Part shown: one piece after another, positions 10,308 through 20,787 of the stretch
Layout of the letters: each line of letters opens with the position of its first letter
Numbering within the stretch: position 1 is the stretch's first letter
NCBI GenBank assembly: GCA_963745605.1
Contig: CAVUYC010000012.1
Span: forward strand, 63,050-127,049
Source: an uncultured Chloroflexia bacterium
Lineage (GTDB): Bacteria; Chloroflexota; Dehalococcoidia; Dehalococcoidales; UBA2162
Length of the DNA stretch: 64,000 bases
Direction of reading: 5' to 3'
The notes under the pieces: generated by a model
What the model was told of the DNA's origin: nothing
Database searches by the model: none
Seen by the model: only the letters and a program-made list of their open reading frames with translations
Position numbers and translations under genes: made by a program

Positions 10308-11058
10308 CTATAGGGCCGTCAACACTGTTCGCGGCGCCATCGGTAACGGCTATACTATGTTCAAAATGAGCTGCCCAGCCCCCGTCAACCGTGGACACCG
10401 TCCAGTTGTTAGGGCCCACTTCGGTATGCCAATCGCCCATACAGACCATCGGCTCCAAGGCAAACGTCATGCCTTTTCTCAGCATTGGCCCCTGCCCGCG
10501 TATCCCAAAATTCGGGATCTGAGGATCCTCGTGCATATCGCGTCCAATCCCGTGACCGGTGTACTCGCGGATCACAGCGAATCCTCTACCCTCAACATAA
10601 TCCTGAATCGCCGCGGAAACATCACCCATTCTAGCGCCAACTCTTGAAGCATCGATCCCGGCGTTGAGCGCACCCTCAGTTGTCTCCATCATCATCTGCA
10701 CTCGACTGTCCAGTTTCCCCACACCCACAGTGAACGCCGAATCGCCCTGATAACCCTTGTAGATAGCGCCAAAATCAATGGAGACCAAGTCCCCGGGTTT
10801 CAAAGCACGCTGGTCCGGAATCCCGTGGACTATTTCCTCATTCACCGAGACACAGATACTCGCCGGGTACCCTCTGTACCCCTTGAAAGAAGGCACTGCA
10901 CCCAGCCTTGCTACCTCTCTAACAGCTATCCGGTCCAACTCCCTGGTTGTAATACCGGAGCGAACCTCGGACTTCAATCGATCCAACACTTCCGCGACAA
11001 TGCGCCCCGCTTGTCGCATCAATTCAATCTCACCGGCCGATTTCAGCGTTATGCTCAT
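10308..11058 (-). CDS. map: type I methionine aminopeptidase (3' end frame-shifted; the literal ORF reads through into infA, 10081..11058)
   Basis: [24 protein letters not shown]...HGIP...[16 protein letters not shown]...[14 protein letters not shown]...ALEPM...[11 protein letters not shown]; skipping one nt at about 10330-10338 gives a typical end ...TDGARTVLTAL* (or [11 protein letters not shown]) with TAG at 10308-10310. Confidence 0.88.
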
Positions 11059-11723
11059 CTCTTCGCTTTGGTCGGCACCCCGCGAAGAGCATCGATGATC
11101 CGGCCTTCGATACCGTCTTCAGTTCCCTCACCGTCGACTTCCACTAGCTTGCCACTGGCGGTGTAGTATTTCACCAAAGGAGCAGTCTCTTCGGCGAATA
11201 CAACCAGTCTCTTCTTGATCGTTTCCGTCGTGTCGTCTGCTCGCTGGTATAGCTCGCCGCCGCATTTGTCGCATTTCCCTTTAACCTTTGGCGGCGAATA
11301 CACAGAATGATATGGAGTCTGACAGACACGGCAAATCCAGCGTCCTCCGAGTCTCTCAAGAAGCGACTTCTCACTAACCTTTATGTAAATGACCGAGTCG
11401 ATTGCCTTCCCCTGAGCGACCAACGCCTTGTCCAGAGCCTCAGCCTGATTCAAATTCCGAGGGAACCCGTCGAAAATCACGCCCGATTTGCAGTCCGCCG
11501 CATTAAGGCGATCCATCACCATGCCAATGGTGACTTCATCCGGAACCAGCTTTCCCGCTTCCATAAAGGCCTTGGCCTTCAAGCCTTGCTCGGTGCCCTT
11601 CTGAATCGCCTGACGAAACAGATCTCCAGTAGCAACATGGGCAAGCCCAAGGCGCTGCGATACTCTCATTGCCTGAGTGCCTTTGCCGGCTCCGGGAGCT
11701 CCAAGAAACACTACGTTCAACAA
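11055..11723 (-). CDS. adk: adenylate kinase (zinc-knuckle lid)
   Basis: 222 aa, P-loop [10 protein letters not shown], lid CRVC...CDKCGG. Confidence 0.93.
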   Translation of the reverse strand: MLNVVFLGAPGAGKGTQAMRVSQRLGLAHVATGDLFRQAIQKGTEQGLKAKAFMEAGKLVPDEVTIGMVMDRLNAADCKSGVIFDGFPRNLNQAEALDKALVAQGKAIDSVIYIKVSEKSLLERLGGRWICRVCQTPYHSVYSPPKVKGKCDKCGGELYQRADDTTETIKKRLVVFAEETAPLVKYYTASGKLVEVDGEGTEDGIEGRIIDALRGVPTKAKR

Positions 11724-11747
11724 AAACCTCTTCTTGCGGGTCTCCGG

Positions 11748-13070
11748 CTACATCTTTATGAAGCCTTCATAGCGGCGCATCACTAGTTGCGCCTCCATCT
11801 GCTTCATGGTGTCCAAGACTACTCCGACTACAATCAGGAGGCCCATGCTGGACAATTGAATCGACTGCACGCTGGTAATCTCACGTGACAGGAACGGGAT
11901 TATTGCGATCAATGCCAGATAAAGGGCGCCCGCCCATGTAATGCGATTAATGACGTGATTCAGATACTCGGAAGTGTTCTTGCCCGGTCTAATGCCAGGA
12001 ACGAACCCTCCTTGCCTCTGCAAGGTACCACCCAAATCCTGCTGTTGGAAGATCACGGTCGTATAGAAGAACGTAAATCCAACCACCAGCAAGAAGTAAA
12101 ACACCCAATAGAACAAGCCCATGGGCAACGCTGTCTGCGGGTTAAACAAGTTATAGATCACGTTTGCTGCATTCTGAGGCTCTCCGGCAGCCTTCATAAA
12201 ATAGGACGCTATGACCCCCGGAAATAGCACGATTGAAACAGCAAAAATCAAGGGTATCATCCCGGCCGCATTCACCCTGATCGGAATGTGAGTGGCGCCG
12301 GACTGCCTGTACATCCTTCCTCCCCGGAAGGTTGTCTTGGCATACTGCACCGGAATACGCCGGTGAGCTTCCGTGAAGATCACGATCGCCACAATGGTCG
12401 CAAGACTGATCACCCCGTAGAAGATCAGACCAAACGTCTGCCCGGCCGCGAGCAGCCCGGTGCCGATAAGCTGCGGGTAGCCTGCAACAATTCCAGCGAA
12501 AATGATAATCGAGACACCGTTGCCAATCCCGTGCTCCGTGATCAGTTCGCCAAGCCACACAAGAAATACCGTGCCCGCGATCAACGCGGCAATCATGGCA
12601 ACGGTTTCAATAGGCGTGGCGCTTCCAATAACACCTGCATTTCTCAGAATGGTGAGCTGCCCCCAACCCTGCAGCCCTGCCATAGGAATGGTCAGCCAGT
12701 GCGTTACCCTGTTCATCCTGTCGCGCCCCGCCTCACCCTCCTGGCTCATCGCCTGCAGCCGGGGAATGACCGGGACCATCAGCGTCATAATGATGGAAGC
12801 AGTGATATACGGATAAACGCCCATCGCCGCCACACTGAAGTTCCTCATCGCTCCACCGCTGAACATATCCAGCATGCCGAGCAACGCGTTGTTGCTGAAA
12901 AGGCTTCTCAACTTCACCGGATCGACACCGGGAAGAGGAATATGAGCAACAAACCGGAAAATGACGATCAGTGCGAGCGTGAGCAAAATCCTCCGTCTCA
13001 AATCGGGAAGACGGAAGGCGTCCACCATCGCCTGAATCAGCCGGGGTCGAGTCGACCTCGGTTGCGACAT
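11748..13070 (-). CDS. secY: preprotein translocase subunit SecY
   Basis: 440-aa polytopic membrane protein between rplO and adk; ...MLDMFSGGAMRNFSVAAMGVYPYITASII... Confidence 0.95.
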   Translation of the reverse strand: MSQPRSTRPRLIQAMVDAFRLPDLRRRILLTLALIVIFRFVAHIPLPGVDPVKLRSLFSNNALLGMLDMFSGGAMRNFSVAAMGVYPYITASIIMTLMVPVIPRLQAMSQEGEAGRDRMNRVTHWLTIPMAGLQGWGQLTILRNAGVIGSATPIETVAMIAALIAGTVFLVWLGELITEHGIGNGVSIIIFAGIVAGYPQLIGTGLLAAGQTFGLIFYGVISLATIVAIVIFTEAHRRIPVQYAKTTFRGGRMYRQSGATHIPIRVNAAGMIPLIFAVSIVLFPGVIASYFMKAAGEPQNAANVIYNLFNPQTALPMGLFYWVFYFLLVVGFTFFYTTVIFQQQDLGGTLQRQGGFVPGIRPGKNTSEYLNHVINRITWAGALYLALIAIIPFLSREITSVQSIQLSSMGLLIVVGVVLDTMKQMEAQLVMRRYEGFIKM

Positions 13071-13516
13071 TACCCGACCTCCTCGGCAGTCCCGCCAGCA
13101 GCCTCGATCTTTGCCTTGGCTGCAGTGGAAAACTTGTGGGCCTTCACGGTAATGGCGCGGTCCAATTCGCCATCTGCCAGGACCTTCACCGGCTTTGAGG
13201 CGTCTTTGACCAGCCCCGACGTCATCAGAACCTTAAGAGAAACCTCACTCCCCGCCTCAAACTCGTTCAAGGCAAAGAGGTTAACCACAGCATATTCGGT
13301 GCGAAACTTATTGTGGAAGCCTCGCTTCTTGGGCAACCGCTTAATGAGGGGTAGCTGTCCACCCTCAAACCCGGGGCGCATCTTTCCCCCCGCGCGTGCC
13401 TTCTGGCCCTTTTGACCGCGGCCGGAGTAGGAACCGTGTCCACTTGCATCACCGCGGCCCACTCGCTTGCTGGACTTCTTGGAACCCGGTGCGGGCGATA
13501 GGTCGTTCTGTTTCAC
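13070..13516 (-). CDS. rplO: 50S ribosomal protein L15
   Basis: 148 aa, [25 protein letters not shown]... Confidence 0.95.
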   Translation of the reverse strand: MKQNDLSPAPGSKKSSKRVGRGDASGHGSYSGRGQKGQKARAGGKMRPGFEGGQLPLIKRLPKKRGFHNKFRTEYAVVNLFALNEFEAGSEVSLKVLMTSGLVKDASKPVKVLADGELDRAITVKAHKFSTAAKAKIEAAGGTAEEVG

Positions 13517-13695
13517 CCCTTTGCCTCCACGGTGACAAGGTGTCTAACTTTATTGATCATTCCCCGAATCGCGGCTGAATCCTCATGTTCCACAGTCTCA
13601 TTCATTCTGTGCAACCCAAGGGCTTTCAGAGTCCTTCTCTGGTCTTCCTTGTTTCCAATACCGCTCTTAACTTGTGTTACAGATAGCTTAGCCAC
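13513..13695 (-). CDS. rpmD: 50S ribosomal protein L30
   Basis: 60 aa, (GTG)[27 protein letters not shown]... Confidence 0.92.
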   Translation of the reverse strand: MAKLSVTQVKSGIGNKEDQRRTLKALGLHRMNETVEHEDSAAIRGMINKVRHLVTVEAKG

Positions 13696-14209
13696 CTACT
13701 ACCGCTCCTTCAGCGGGCGGCGTTCCCTTCCGCCGGGCCTTCTCTATTTCAGGGTTCTTGAGCCTTGTCAGCGCGAGAATCGTTGCCTTCGCAACATTTA
13801 TCTTGTTAGCGCTTCCAAGCGATTTGGTCAGAATGTCCTTAACTCCAGCTGCCTCGAGTACCGCCCTTACGCTCCCGCCAGCTATGATCCCAGTGCCAGG
13901 CATCGCAGGCTTAAGAAGAACATCGGCCGCTCCAAAACGAGTCCTGATCTCGTACGGAATTGTCGTTCCGGTCATAGGAACCGTTATCAGACCCTTCTTG
14001 GCCGCAGCGCCCGCTTTGCTGATCGCGATAGGCACTTCATTGGCCTTTCCCAACCCAATTCCCACGTGGCCCTGTCCGTCGCCAGTGACAACCAACGCGG
14101 CGAACCTCAAGTGCTTGCCACCCTTAAGGACCTTTGCCACACGGTTAATCGAAATCAGTTTATCGTTGAGTGCCAATTCACTTGCTTCGATCTTGACGTT
14201 GCTTATCAA
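13688..14209 (-). CDS. rpsE: 30S ribosomal protein S5
   Basis: 173 aa, [46 protein letters not shown]. Confidence 0.95.
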   Translation of the reverse strand: MISNVKIEASELALNDKLISINRVAKVLKGGKHLRFAALVVTGDGQGHVGIGLGKANEVPIAISKAGAAAKKGLITVPMTGTTIPYEIRTRFGAADVLLKPAMPGTGIIAGGSVRAVLEAAGVKDILTKSLGSANKINVAKATILALTRLKNPEIEKARRKGTPPAEGAVVGG

Positions 14210-14622
14210 ATTGCCCCCTCGTTCGCGCGGACAACTGCGATGCAGTTGTCGAAGCCTAGAATTTCAGCCCAGCCTGACGCGGCGGCATCCGCCAGAGCTT
14301 TCACTCTCCCGTGATATCGATAGCCGCCACGGTCAAACACCACCTGGCTGATACCCTTACCAAGAGCCTCTTTAGCAACCAACGAGCCGACCAGCTTGGC
14401 CTGGTCGATCTTGTTCTTTCCGTCTGCCGTCGTCTTCAAATCCGAAACGACAGTGGAAGCCGCGGCGAGCGTAGTGCCTTCATCATCATTGATAACCTGG
14501 GCATATATATGGTTCAGGCTACGAAACACGCACAGCCTTGGCTGCGCCGCAGTACCCTTCACATTAGCCCGCACCCTGCGGTGTCTTCTTATCCGAGCAT
14601 CACGTGGAGTGAGCTTACTCAT
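14206..14622 (-). CDS. rplR: 50S ribosomal protein L18 (literal ORF; the C-terminus is frame-shifted, native stop probably TAG at 14256-14258)
   Basis: [23 protein letters not shown]...[21 protein letters not shown] then aberrant [23 protein letters not shown]; skipping one nt at about 14278-14286 gives the canonical ...ALADAARQAGLKF*. Confidence 0.9.
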   Translation of the reverse strand: MSKLTPRDARIRRHRRVRANVKGTAAQPRLCVFRSLNHIYAQVINDDEGTTLAAASTVVSDLKTTADGKNKIDQAKLVGSLVAKEALGKGISQVVFDRGGYRYHGRVKALADAAASGWAEILGFDNCIAVVRANEGAI

Positions 14623-15177
14623 TTATGCCTTACCGCCTATAGCTTTAGCAGCTTTGCCGGCTTTATGCCGAACGACCTCGCCGGCGTACTTAATGCCCTT
14701 TCCCCTGTACACATCCGGCGGTCTAATGGCCCTAATTCGGGAGGCCATCTCACCGACAGTCTCTTTGTCCATGCCCTGAACCCTGATCTTGGTGGTCCCA
14801 TCCAGAGCGAAGGCAATGCCGAACATCGGTACGACTTCAACAGGTTTGGTGAAACCTACGCGTATCATCAGTTTCGTGCCCGCCTTTTCAGCTCGGTAAC
14901 CTACGCCGTTAATCTCCAGCCCTTTTTCGAAGCCTTTGGTAACGCCCTCAACCATGTTCGCCAACAGGGTCCTGCTGAGGCCATGCAACGACCTGTGCAG
15001 CCGGTCATCCGAAGGCCTTGAAACCTTCACCACCCCGTCCTCGAACACCAACTTCATGTCCGGGTGAAACTTTCGCGTAAGCTCGCCTTTGGGGCCCTTG
15101 ACGCTCACTTCATTGTTTTCTATCTTGACTGTTACGCCGGCCGGAACAGCCACAGGCATTTTCCCTATTCTTGACAT
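14623..15177 (-). CDS. rplF: 50S ribosomal protein L6
   Basis: 184 aa, MSRIGKMPVAVPAGVTVKIENNEVSVKGPKGELTRKF... Confidence 0.95.
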   Translation of the reverse strand: MSRIGKMPVAVPAGVTVKIENNEVSVKGPKGELTRKFHPDMKLVFEDGVVKVSRPSDDRLHRSLHGLSRTLLANMVEGVTKGFEKGLEINGVGYRAEKAGTKLMIRVGFTKPVEVVPMFGIAFALDGTTKIRVQGMDKETVGEMASRIRAIRPPDVYRGKGIKYAGEVVRHKAGKAAKAIGGKA

Positions 15178-15192
15178 ACCAGCACTCCAGTA

Positions 15193-15591
15193 TTACATCA
15201 CATAGCACAGAAGCTCGCCGCCAATACCTTGTCGACGTGCTTGCTGGCCACTCATAACACCCTTAGAAGTGGACACGATGGCTATTCCAAGTCCACCCGC
15301 CAGACGGGGGATCTCACCCTTCTCAACGTAAACCCTCAGCCCCGGCTTACTCACTCTCTCCAGAGAAGCGACTGCCGACGTATTCCGATCGAGGTATCTG
15401 AGGTACACCTTGATTACGCGATTTGGCTTGCCCTTGACCAGCTCATAGTCCGCGATGAAACCCTCGTCCTTGAGAATCTTGGCGATGGATATCTTCATCT
15501 TCGAAGCAGGGACCAGCACTGTATCATGGCGCACCATGACAGCGTTGCGGATCCGGGTTAACATATCTGCAATAGGATCGGAGATAGTCAC
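15193..15591 (-). CDS. rpsH: 30S ribosomal protein S8
   Basis: GTG start at 15591 (GGAAGAAGAGTG): (M)[32 protein letters not shown]...GGELLCYVM; the ORF-track N-terminal extension to 15720 overlaps rpsZ and is rejected. Confidence 0.93.
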   Translation of the reverse strand: MTISDPIADMLTRIRNAVMVRHDTVLVPASKMKISIAKILKDEGFIADYELVKGKPNRVIKVYLRYLDRNTSAVASLERVSKPGLRVYVEKGEIPRLAGGLGIAIVSTSKGVMSGQQARRQGIGGELLCYVM

Positions 15592-15611
15592 TCTTCTTCC
15601 CCCAGGTCTAT

Positions 15612-15797
15612 TTACCAGCTCGACTTTCGCACGCCTGGAGTCTGTCCGGAAAGGGCAAGCTCCCTGAAACAAATTCGGCACAGGCCAAACTGTCTGATGA
15701 AAGCCCTCGGCCTGCCGCACTTACGGCAGCGATTATGACGCTGCACTTTAAACTTTGGGGGCCGCATCCACTTGGCGATAGATGATTTCTTTGCCAT
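15612..15797 (-). CDS. rpsZ: 30S ribosomal protein S14 type Z (zinc-binding)
   Basis: 61 aa, [48 protein letters not shown]... Confidence 0.95.
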   Translation of the reverse strand: MAKKSSIAKWMRPPKFKVQRHNRCRKCGRPRAFIRQFGLCRICFRELALSGQTPGVRKSSW

Positions 15798-15802
15798 AGT
15801 TC

Positions 15803-16345
15803 TTACTCTCGAGCAAACGGCATTCCGAGAAGCTCTAAGAGACTCCTTCCCTCGTCGTCGGTTTTCGCAGTGGTAACAATGGACACTTCAAGACCACGTA
15901 ATTTGTCTACCTTATCGTATTCGATCTCGGGAAATACTGTCTGTTCCCTGAAAGCGATGGTATAGCTGCCTCGTCCGTCAAATCCATTCCTCGGGACTCC
16001 GTTGAATTCCCGAATACGAAAAATAACGGCGTTCACCAACTTATCCAAAAAATCGTACATACGCTGCCCGCGCAATGTCACCTTCATCCCAATAGGCATC
16101 CCGGCCCTCAATCTAAAGGCAGAGATCGACCTCTTCGACCGGGTAATAATGGGATGCTGCCCGGTAATTGCTGTCAGGTCCTTTTCGGCCGCCTCAAGCA
16201 CCTTGGCGTTCGAAATCGCCTCACCGAGGCCGATGTTCAAAACCACCTTCTCGACATGAGGCACCTGCATGACGTTCTTGTAGCCGAACTTCTCCCGAAG
16301 CGCGGGAACCACTTCTTTCTGATACTTCTCTTTCAACTGAGACAT
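15803..16345 (-). CDS. rplE: 50S ribosomal protein L5
   Basis: 180 aa, [43 protein letters not shown]... Confidence 0.95.
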   Translation of the reverse strand: MSQLKEKYQKEVVPALREKFGYKNVMQVPHVEKVVLNIGLGEAISNAKVLEAAEKDLTAITGQHPIITRSKRSISAFRLRAGMPIGMKVTLRGQRMYDFLDKLVNAVIFRIREFNGVPRNGFDGRGSYTIAFREQTVFPEIEYDKVDKLRGLEVSIVTTAKTDDEGRSLLELLGMPFARE

Positions 16346-16657
16346 CTAGTCAATCACCTCATGGCAGACGCGGCAGACACGTGTCTTGCTACCGTCCTGA
16401 AGAAGCTGAGTGCCAACGCGAGTTGGCTTGCCGCACTTGGTGCACAGCAACATGACATTAGACATGTCGATAGGCGCCTCCCTCTCGATAATGCCGGCCT
16501 GCCTAACGTCTCGCACAGCCTTCACGTGCTTCTTAATTATGTTTACGCCTTCGACGATTACTCGTTTGTCATCCGGGTAAGAGAAACGGACTTTGCCTTT
16601 CTTTCCCTTGTCCTTTCCGGCGACGACCAGGACGGTATCCTCTTTTCGAATCTTCAT
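16346..16657 (-). CDS. rplX: 50S ribosomal protein L24 (with C-terminal CxxC...CxxC)
   Basis: 103 aa, [23 protein letters not shown]... KOW motif; C-terminal [11 protein letters not shown]...[10 protein letters not shown]. Confidence 0.93.
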   Translation of the reverse strand: MKIRKEDTVLVVAGKDKGKKGKVRFSYPDDKRVIVEGVNIIKKHVKAVRDVRQAGIIEREAPIDMSNVMLLCTKCGKPTRVGTQLLQDGSKTRVCRVCHEVID

Positions 16658-17026
16658 CTACAAAACCTCAGGCGCGAGAGAGATGATCTTCGTGAATTCC
16701 TTCTCTCTCAGCTCTCTGGCTACAGGGCCAAAAATCCGCGTGCCCTTAGGGTTATTCTTGTCGCTGATAATAACCGCGGCATTCTCATCAAATCTGATGT
16801 AGGAACCGTCGTTACGGCGGCACGGGTGGGTGCTCCTCACGATGACAGCCCGAACTACGTCGCCCTTCTTCACGGTCCCACCAGGGGTCGCCCTTTTGAC
16901 CGACGCGACTACTATGTCACCCAACGCCGCATACTTCCTACCAGAGCCGCCAAGAAGGCCGATGCACATGATAGACCGAGCTCCCGTGTTGTCTGCTACT
17001 TTTAGTCTGCTATATTGCTGAATCAT
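16658..17026 (-). CDS. rplN: 50S ribosomal protein L14
   Basis: 122 aa, [33 protein letters not shown]... Confidence 0.95.
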   Translation of the reverse strand: MIQQYSRLKVADNTGARSIMCIGLLGGSGRKYAALGDIVVASVKRATPGGTVKKGDVVRAVIVRSTHPCRRNDGSYIRFDENAAVIISDKNNPKGTRIFGPVARELREKEFTKIISLAPEVL

Positions 17027-17041
17027 AAGTCCACCAATGGT

Positions 17042-17323
17042 CTAGGCAATCTCTTTCGGCTGTACCTCGACCTTCTCTTTCTTAGTCACAATTTCTGCAA
17101 CCCGCCATCGTTTCTCTTTTGAAAGGGGTCGAACCTCGACGATGCGGACCGTGTCACCTTCAGCGCACTGCCCCTGCTCGTCATGCGCCTTGTAACGAAC
17201 CACCCTCTTCACATTCTTTGTGTAGAGGCGATGCCTGCGGACAGTTTCCACACCTACGATGACGGTCTTCTCCATCTTATTGCTGAGGACGCGACCGACC
17301 CTTGTTTTGTGAAGAACAACCAT
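17042..17323 (-). CDS. rpsQ: 30S ribosomal protein S17
   Basis: ATG at 17323: MVVLHKTRVGRVLSNKMEKTVIVGVETVRRHRLYTKNVKRVVRYKAHDE...; longer ORF-track N-terminus rejected. Confidence 0.93.
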   Translation of the reverse strand: MVVLHKTRVGRVLSNKMEKTVIVGVETVRRHRLYTKNVKRVVRYKAHDEQGQCAEGDTVRIVEVRPLSKEKRWRVAEIVTKKEKVEVQPKEIA

Positions 17324-17324
17324 T

Positions 17325-17558
17325 CTAACCTGCCTTGTCCGGCGACTTAGCTGTAGCCTCAACGCCCTCCGCCAGAGCCATTTCCTGCAATATCGTATTT
17401 ATCTGAGCGATCTTCTTCCTGGTCAGCATTAACCTTCGATGATTTACGAGTTGCTTGGTCGCGAGTTGGAAACGCAGATCAAGTAGCTCCTTATGAGCTG
17501 ACTCCAACTGCTTCGCCAGCTCGCCCTTGTTCAAACCGCGTATTTCACTGATCTTCAA
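17325..17558 (-). CDS. rpmC: 50S ribosomal protein L29
   Basis: 77 aa, [37 protein letters not shown]... Confidence 0.93.
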   Translation of the reverse strand: MKISEIRGLNKGELAKQLESAHKELLDLRFQLATKQLVNHRRLMLTRKKIAQINTILQEMALAEGVEATAKSPDKAG

Positions 17559-18004
17559 GTCGCACTCGCTCCTACGCCGTCATCGCCCTCAGGCACGCTA
17601 GGGCGCACCACGAACTTTGCATCAATGGGCAGCTTGTGCGCGGCCAGACGCATCGCTTCCTTTGCCGTCGCCTCATCGACCCCAGACATCTCGAACATGA
17701 TGCGTCCGGGCTTTACGACGGCCACCCAGTGATCCGGGGCGCCCTTGCCCGACCCTTGCCTGGTCTCGGCCGGCTTCTTGGTCACGGATTTGTCCGGGAA
17801 CAGACGAACCCAAATGCTTCCGCCCCTCTTAACGTGATGAGTAATGGCACGACGAGCGGCCTCGATTTGCCTGGCAGTCACCCAAGCGGGCTCCAAAGCC
17901 TGGAGTCCGTAGTCGCCAAAGGCAACGGTATTGCCAGCGTGGGCCGTGCCCTTCATGCGCCCGCGCTGAACCTTCCGAAACTTTACTCTTTTAGGTTGCA
18001 GCAT
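17555..18004 (-). CDS. rplP: 50S ribosomal protein L16
   Basis: ATG at 18004 after AGGAG: [38 protein letters not shown]... Confidence 0.94.
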   Translation of the reverse strand: MLQPKRVKFRKVQRGRMKGTAHAGNTVAFGDYGLQALEPAWVTARQIEAARRAITHHVKRGGSIWVRLFPDKSVTKKPAETRQGSGKGAPDHWVAVVKPGRIMFEMSGVDEATAKEAMRLAAHKLPIDAKFVVRPSVPEGDDGVGASAT

Positions 18005-18929
18005 GGTCTTCTCCTGGCTCAGATGACTCCGCCGGTGCCTCACCTGATTCAGCCTTCGGTGTTACCTTACGCGTTGTAGTCCTTCTCCGAGGCCGTGCCA
18101 CTTTCTTCTCACCCTCAACAGCATCGGCAACGGAAACGGCGGGAGCAGCTGACGAAACTACCTCAGGACTCTTCTCAACAACAACCTCCGGCTCGGGGGT
18201 CACCACTACGGCCGTCTCTCTCTTCTCTTCAGCTACCACAGCCTGAGCCACTTCAGTAACCACGACTGGAACTGGAGGCGCGGCCTCTTCCTCGGTCTTA
18301 ACTTCGGGGAGAATCTCCCCTTTGTATATCCAGGCCTTCACACCGATGCGACCCATAACCGTCTTCGCCTCGACGAATCCGTAGTCGATGTCCGCCCGCA
18401 ATGTGTGAAGTGGAACGCGCCCCTCATGCATATTGAGCCGCCGCGCAATTTCTGCTCCGCCAAGCCTGCCGGCGACAGCCACCTTGATACCCTTGCCCCC
18501 GGCCTGCATAGTCCGGGCCATCGCCTGCTTCATCGCCCTGCGGTACGCGATCCGCCTTTCGAGTTGGTCGGCAATAGACTTGGCAACGAGCTTTGCATCC
18601 AACTCAGGCTGTTGAACTTCTTTTATGTTGAGTTGGACCCTCTTGCCGAGCACCTTCTCAAGATAGCCACGGGCCTCGTCCACGCGCTGCCCACCACGAC
18701 CAATGACGATGCCAGGCCTCGCAGTGTTAATGGTGGCCACCACCTGATTCGCCTGCCGTTCGATTTCCACGCTCGATATGGCTGCATCAGGATACTTCTC
18801 GCCAATGGCCTTGCGGATCTTCAGATCTTCCTCAAGGTAGTTGGCATAGTGCCGGTCGGCGTACCACTTCCCCTGCCAACCCTTGATTACGCCAATTCTA
18901 AAACCTGTTGGGTTTACTTTATGTCCCAT
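17991..18929 (-). CDS. rpsC: 30S ribosomal protein S3 with ~95-aa low-complexity C-terminal tail
   Basis: ATG at 18929 after AGGAGAAC: [24 protein letters not shown]...; tail rich in V/E/P/A ends 17991, overlapping the rplP start. Confidence 0.94.
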   Translation of the reverse strand: MGHKVNPTGFRIGVIKGWQGKWYADRHYANYLEEDLKIRKAIGEKYPDAAISSVEIERQANQVVATINTARPGIVIGRGGQRVDEARGYLEKVLGKRVQLNIKEVQQPELDAKLVAKSIADQLERRIAYRRAMKQAMARTMQAGGKGIKVAVAGRLGGAEIARRLNMHEGRVPLHTLRADIDYGFVEAKTVMGRIGVKAWIYKGEILPEVKTEEEAAPPVPVVVTEVAQAVVAEEKRETAVVVTPEPEVVVEKSPEVVSSAAPAVSVADAVEGEKKVARPRRRTTTRKVTPKAESGEAPAESSEPGEDHAAT

Positions 18930-19266
18930 GGTTCTCCTGTTCAGCGACGACAACAGTAATGTGGCTTGAGCGCTTGAGAATCGGGGCGACTCTACCCCTC
19001 GCGGCCGACCGGAAGCGCTTCATCGTCAATCCACCGTCGACAAAAATCGCCGAAATTCTCAGTTTCTCAGGCGCAATCTGGAAACCATTCTCAGCATTCG
19101 CCATCGCAGACTTAATAACATTAGCTACGGCCTTCGCGGTCGGCGTGGTGGTGAACTGAAGCATCACCAACGCCTCTTGCGCTTTTTTTCCACGCACCAT
19201 GTCCGCCACCAGCCGCACCTTGCTCGCCGAAATCCTTACGTTCTTGGCTAAAGCTCGTACTTCCAT
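18919..19266 (-). CDS. rplV: 50S ribosomal protein L22
   Basis: 115 aa, [33 protein letters not shown]...HITVVVAE. Confidence 0.95.
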   Translation of the reverse strand: MEVRALAKNVRISASKVRLVADMVRGKKAQEALVMLQFTTTPTAKAVANVIKSAMANAENGFQIAPEKLRISAIFVDGGLTMKRFRSAARGRVAPILKRSSHITVVVAEQENHGT

Positions 19267-19283
19267 TTGTCCAAGTCCTACAA

Positions 19284-19604
19284 CTAGCTCGCATTAGCTG
19301 CCGGGGCTGCCGGAGCTGCGGCTGCCGCCTTGGCCTCTTTTTCGGCCCTTGCGGTATGGCCACGGAACGTCCTCGTCGGTGCAAACTCGCCCAGACGATG
19401 ACCAACCATGTTTTCGGTCACAAAGATGGGCACGTGCCGGCGCCCATCATGCACTCCGATCGTAAGCCCGATCATCTCAGGCACAACCGTCGACCACCTG
19501 GCCCAAGTCTTAATGACCGTCTTCTCGCCAGACCGACTGACTGCCTCAATCTTCTTCATCAGTTTCGGATCTGTCGCCGGACCCTTCTTTGCTGACCTTG
19601 ACAT
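19284..19604 (-). CDS. rpsS: 30S ribosomal protein S19
   Basis: 106 aa, [20 protein letters not shown]...[51 protein letters not shown]. Confidence 0.95.
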   Translation of the reverse strand: MSRSAKKGPATDPKLMKKIEAVSRSGEKTVIKTWARWSTVVPEMIGLTIGVHDGRRHVPIFVTENMVGHRLGEFAPTRTFRGHTARAEKEAKAAAAAPAAPAANAS

Positions 19605-19629
19605 GCTTTTACCTCAAATCTCGATACGC

Positions 19630-20460
19630 CTATTTACCGCGGCGCTTAATAATCATGCTGCTCGAAGGCTTATTCTTGTTTCGCGTCTTGTGCCCCAGGG
19701 TTGGCTTTCCCCACGGCGACTTGGGACCCGGATGTCCAATCGGACTTCGACCTTCACCACCACCATGTGGGTGGTCGCGAGGCGTCATGGCCGAGCCTCT
19801 AACACTTGGCCTGCGGCCTATCCAACGGCTTCGCCCGGCCTTACCTAATTTGACAGCCTGGTGATCGATGTTCCCCACCTGCCCTACCGTCGCAGTGCAT
19901 TCGCCCAGCACATATCGCATTTCCCCCGATGGAAGCCTGATAAGTGCCCGATCGCCTTCCTTCGCCATCAATTGGGCAGCCGATCCTGCGCTGCGCACCA
20001 TTTGCGCGCCCCGTCCTCTCTGCAACTCAACGCTATGTATTAGGGTTCCGCTCGGCATCAGCTTGATGGGCAAATTATTGCCCGGGCGAACCTCTGCTTC
20101 CGGCCCCGACACAATCGTGTCACCAACGCTAAGCCCAACGGGCGCCAGTATATATCGCTTCTCACCGTCAGCGTAATAAATCAAAGCAATACGCGCTGTA
20201 CGATTGGGATCGTATTCAATGGCTGCCACACGGCCCGGAATGCCCGCCTTCTCTCTTTTAAAGTCGAGAATACGTAGATTCCGCTTCGAGCCACCGCCGC
20301 GGTGCCTAACTGTAACTTTTCCCTGATTGTTCCGCCCAGATCTCTTCCTGAGGGCAACCAACAGAGATTTCTCCGGCTCGCTCTTTGTGATCTCCTCAAA
20401 GCTGTTGCCGGTCATCCCGCGACGCCCTGGAGATGTCGGACGATATTGCTTTACAGCCAC
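19630..20460 (-). CDS. rplB: 50S ribosomal protein L2
   Basis: GTG at 20460 after GGAGAAATAGA: (M)[25 protein letters not shown]...; the ORF-track start at 20493 would overlap rplW. Confidence 0.94.
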   Translation of the reverse strand: MAVKQYRPTSPGRRGMTGNSFEEITKSEPEKSLLVALRKRSGRNNQGKVTVRHRGGGSKRNLRILDFKREKAGIPGRVAAIEYDPNRTARIALIYYADGEKRYILAPVGLSVGDTIVSGPEAEVRPGNNLPIKLMPSGTLIHSVELQRGRGAQMVRSAGSAAQLMAKEGDRALIRLPSGEMRYVLGECTATVGQVGNIDHQAVKLGKAGRSRWIGRRPSVRGSAMTPRDHPHGGGEGRSPIGHPGPKSPWGKPTLGHKTRNKNKPSSSMIIKRRGK

Positions 20461-20476
20461 TCTATTTCTCCATGTT

Positions 20477-20764
20477 CTAGGACGCTGTTTCAAACAGCTC
20501 TATTTTGTCGCCTGGCTTCAACGTGACCACGGCCCTCTTCCAAGGCTTGGCCGGAAGAACACGTCTCCCGACTCGCCTGGGACGCCCCACCATATTCATC
20601 ATATTCAGAGAAGTCACTTTAACATTGAAAGCCTTTTCCACAGCCTCGCGGACCTGAGGCTTAGTCGCCGACGCAGAGACCTCGAAGGCATACTTGCCAA
20701 ACGCCTGCAGGACGGTGTATTTTTCCGTAATCAGAGGGCGTCTCAGCACCTCAAACTGATGCAT
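20477..20764 (-). CDS. rplW: 50S ribosomal protein L23
   Basis: 95 aa, [29 protein letters not shown]... Confidence 0.94.
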   Translation of the reverse strand: MHQFEVLRRPLITEKYTVLQAFGKYAFEVSASATKPQVREAVEKAFNVKVTSLNMMNMVGRPRRVGRRVLPAKPWKRAVVTLKPGDKIELFETAS

Positions 20765-20787
20765 TATCGTCTCCTTCTACGGCCTTC

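Noticed and set aside
10081-11058. A genuine bifunctional Map-IF1 fusion protein
   Set aside because: The junction is explained by a single extra nucleotide. A perfect native Map C-terminus and stop codon exist in the +1 frame, and infA retains its own ATG.
12288-13415. 375-aa plus-strand ORF; similar long plus-strand ORFs at 13532..14314, 14311..15021, 16154..17005, 18405..18959, 20327..21124 and 23767..24936
   Set aside because: All are antisense shadows of highly conserved ribosomal, secY or fusA genes. They are low-complexity and Arg/Pro/Ser-rich, with no RBS.
13688-13760. Possible additional frameshifts at the rpsE C-terminus (...[16 protein letters not shown]) and in the glnK C-terminal extension (39837-39870)
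   Set aside because: Neither alternative frame gives a more consensus-like ending or an earlier stop. I treat both as natural variation.
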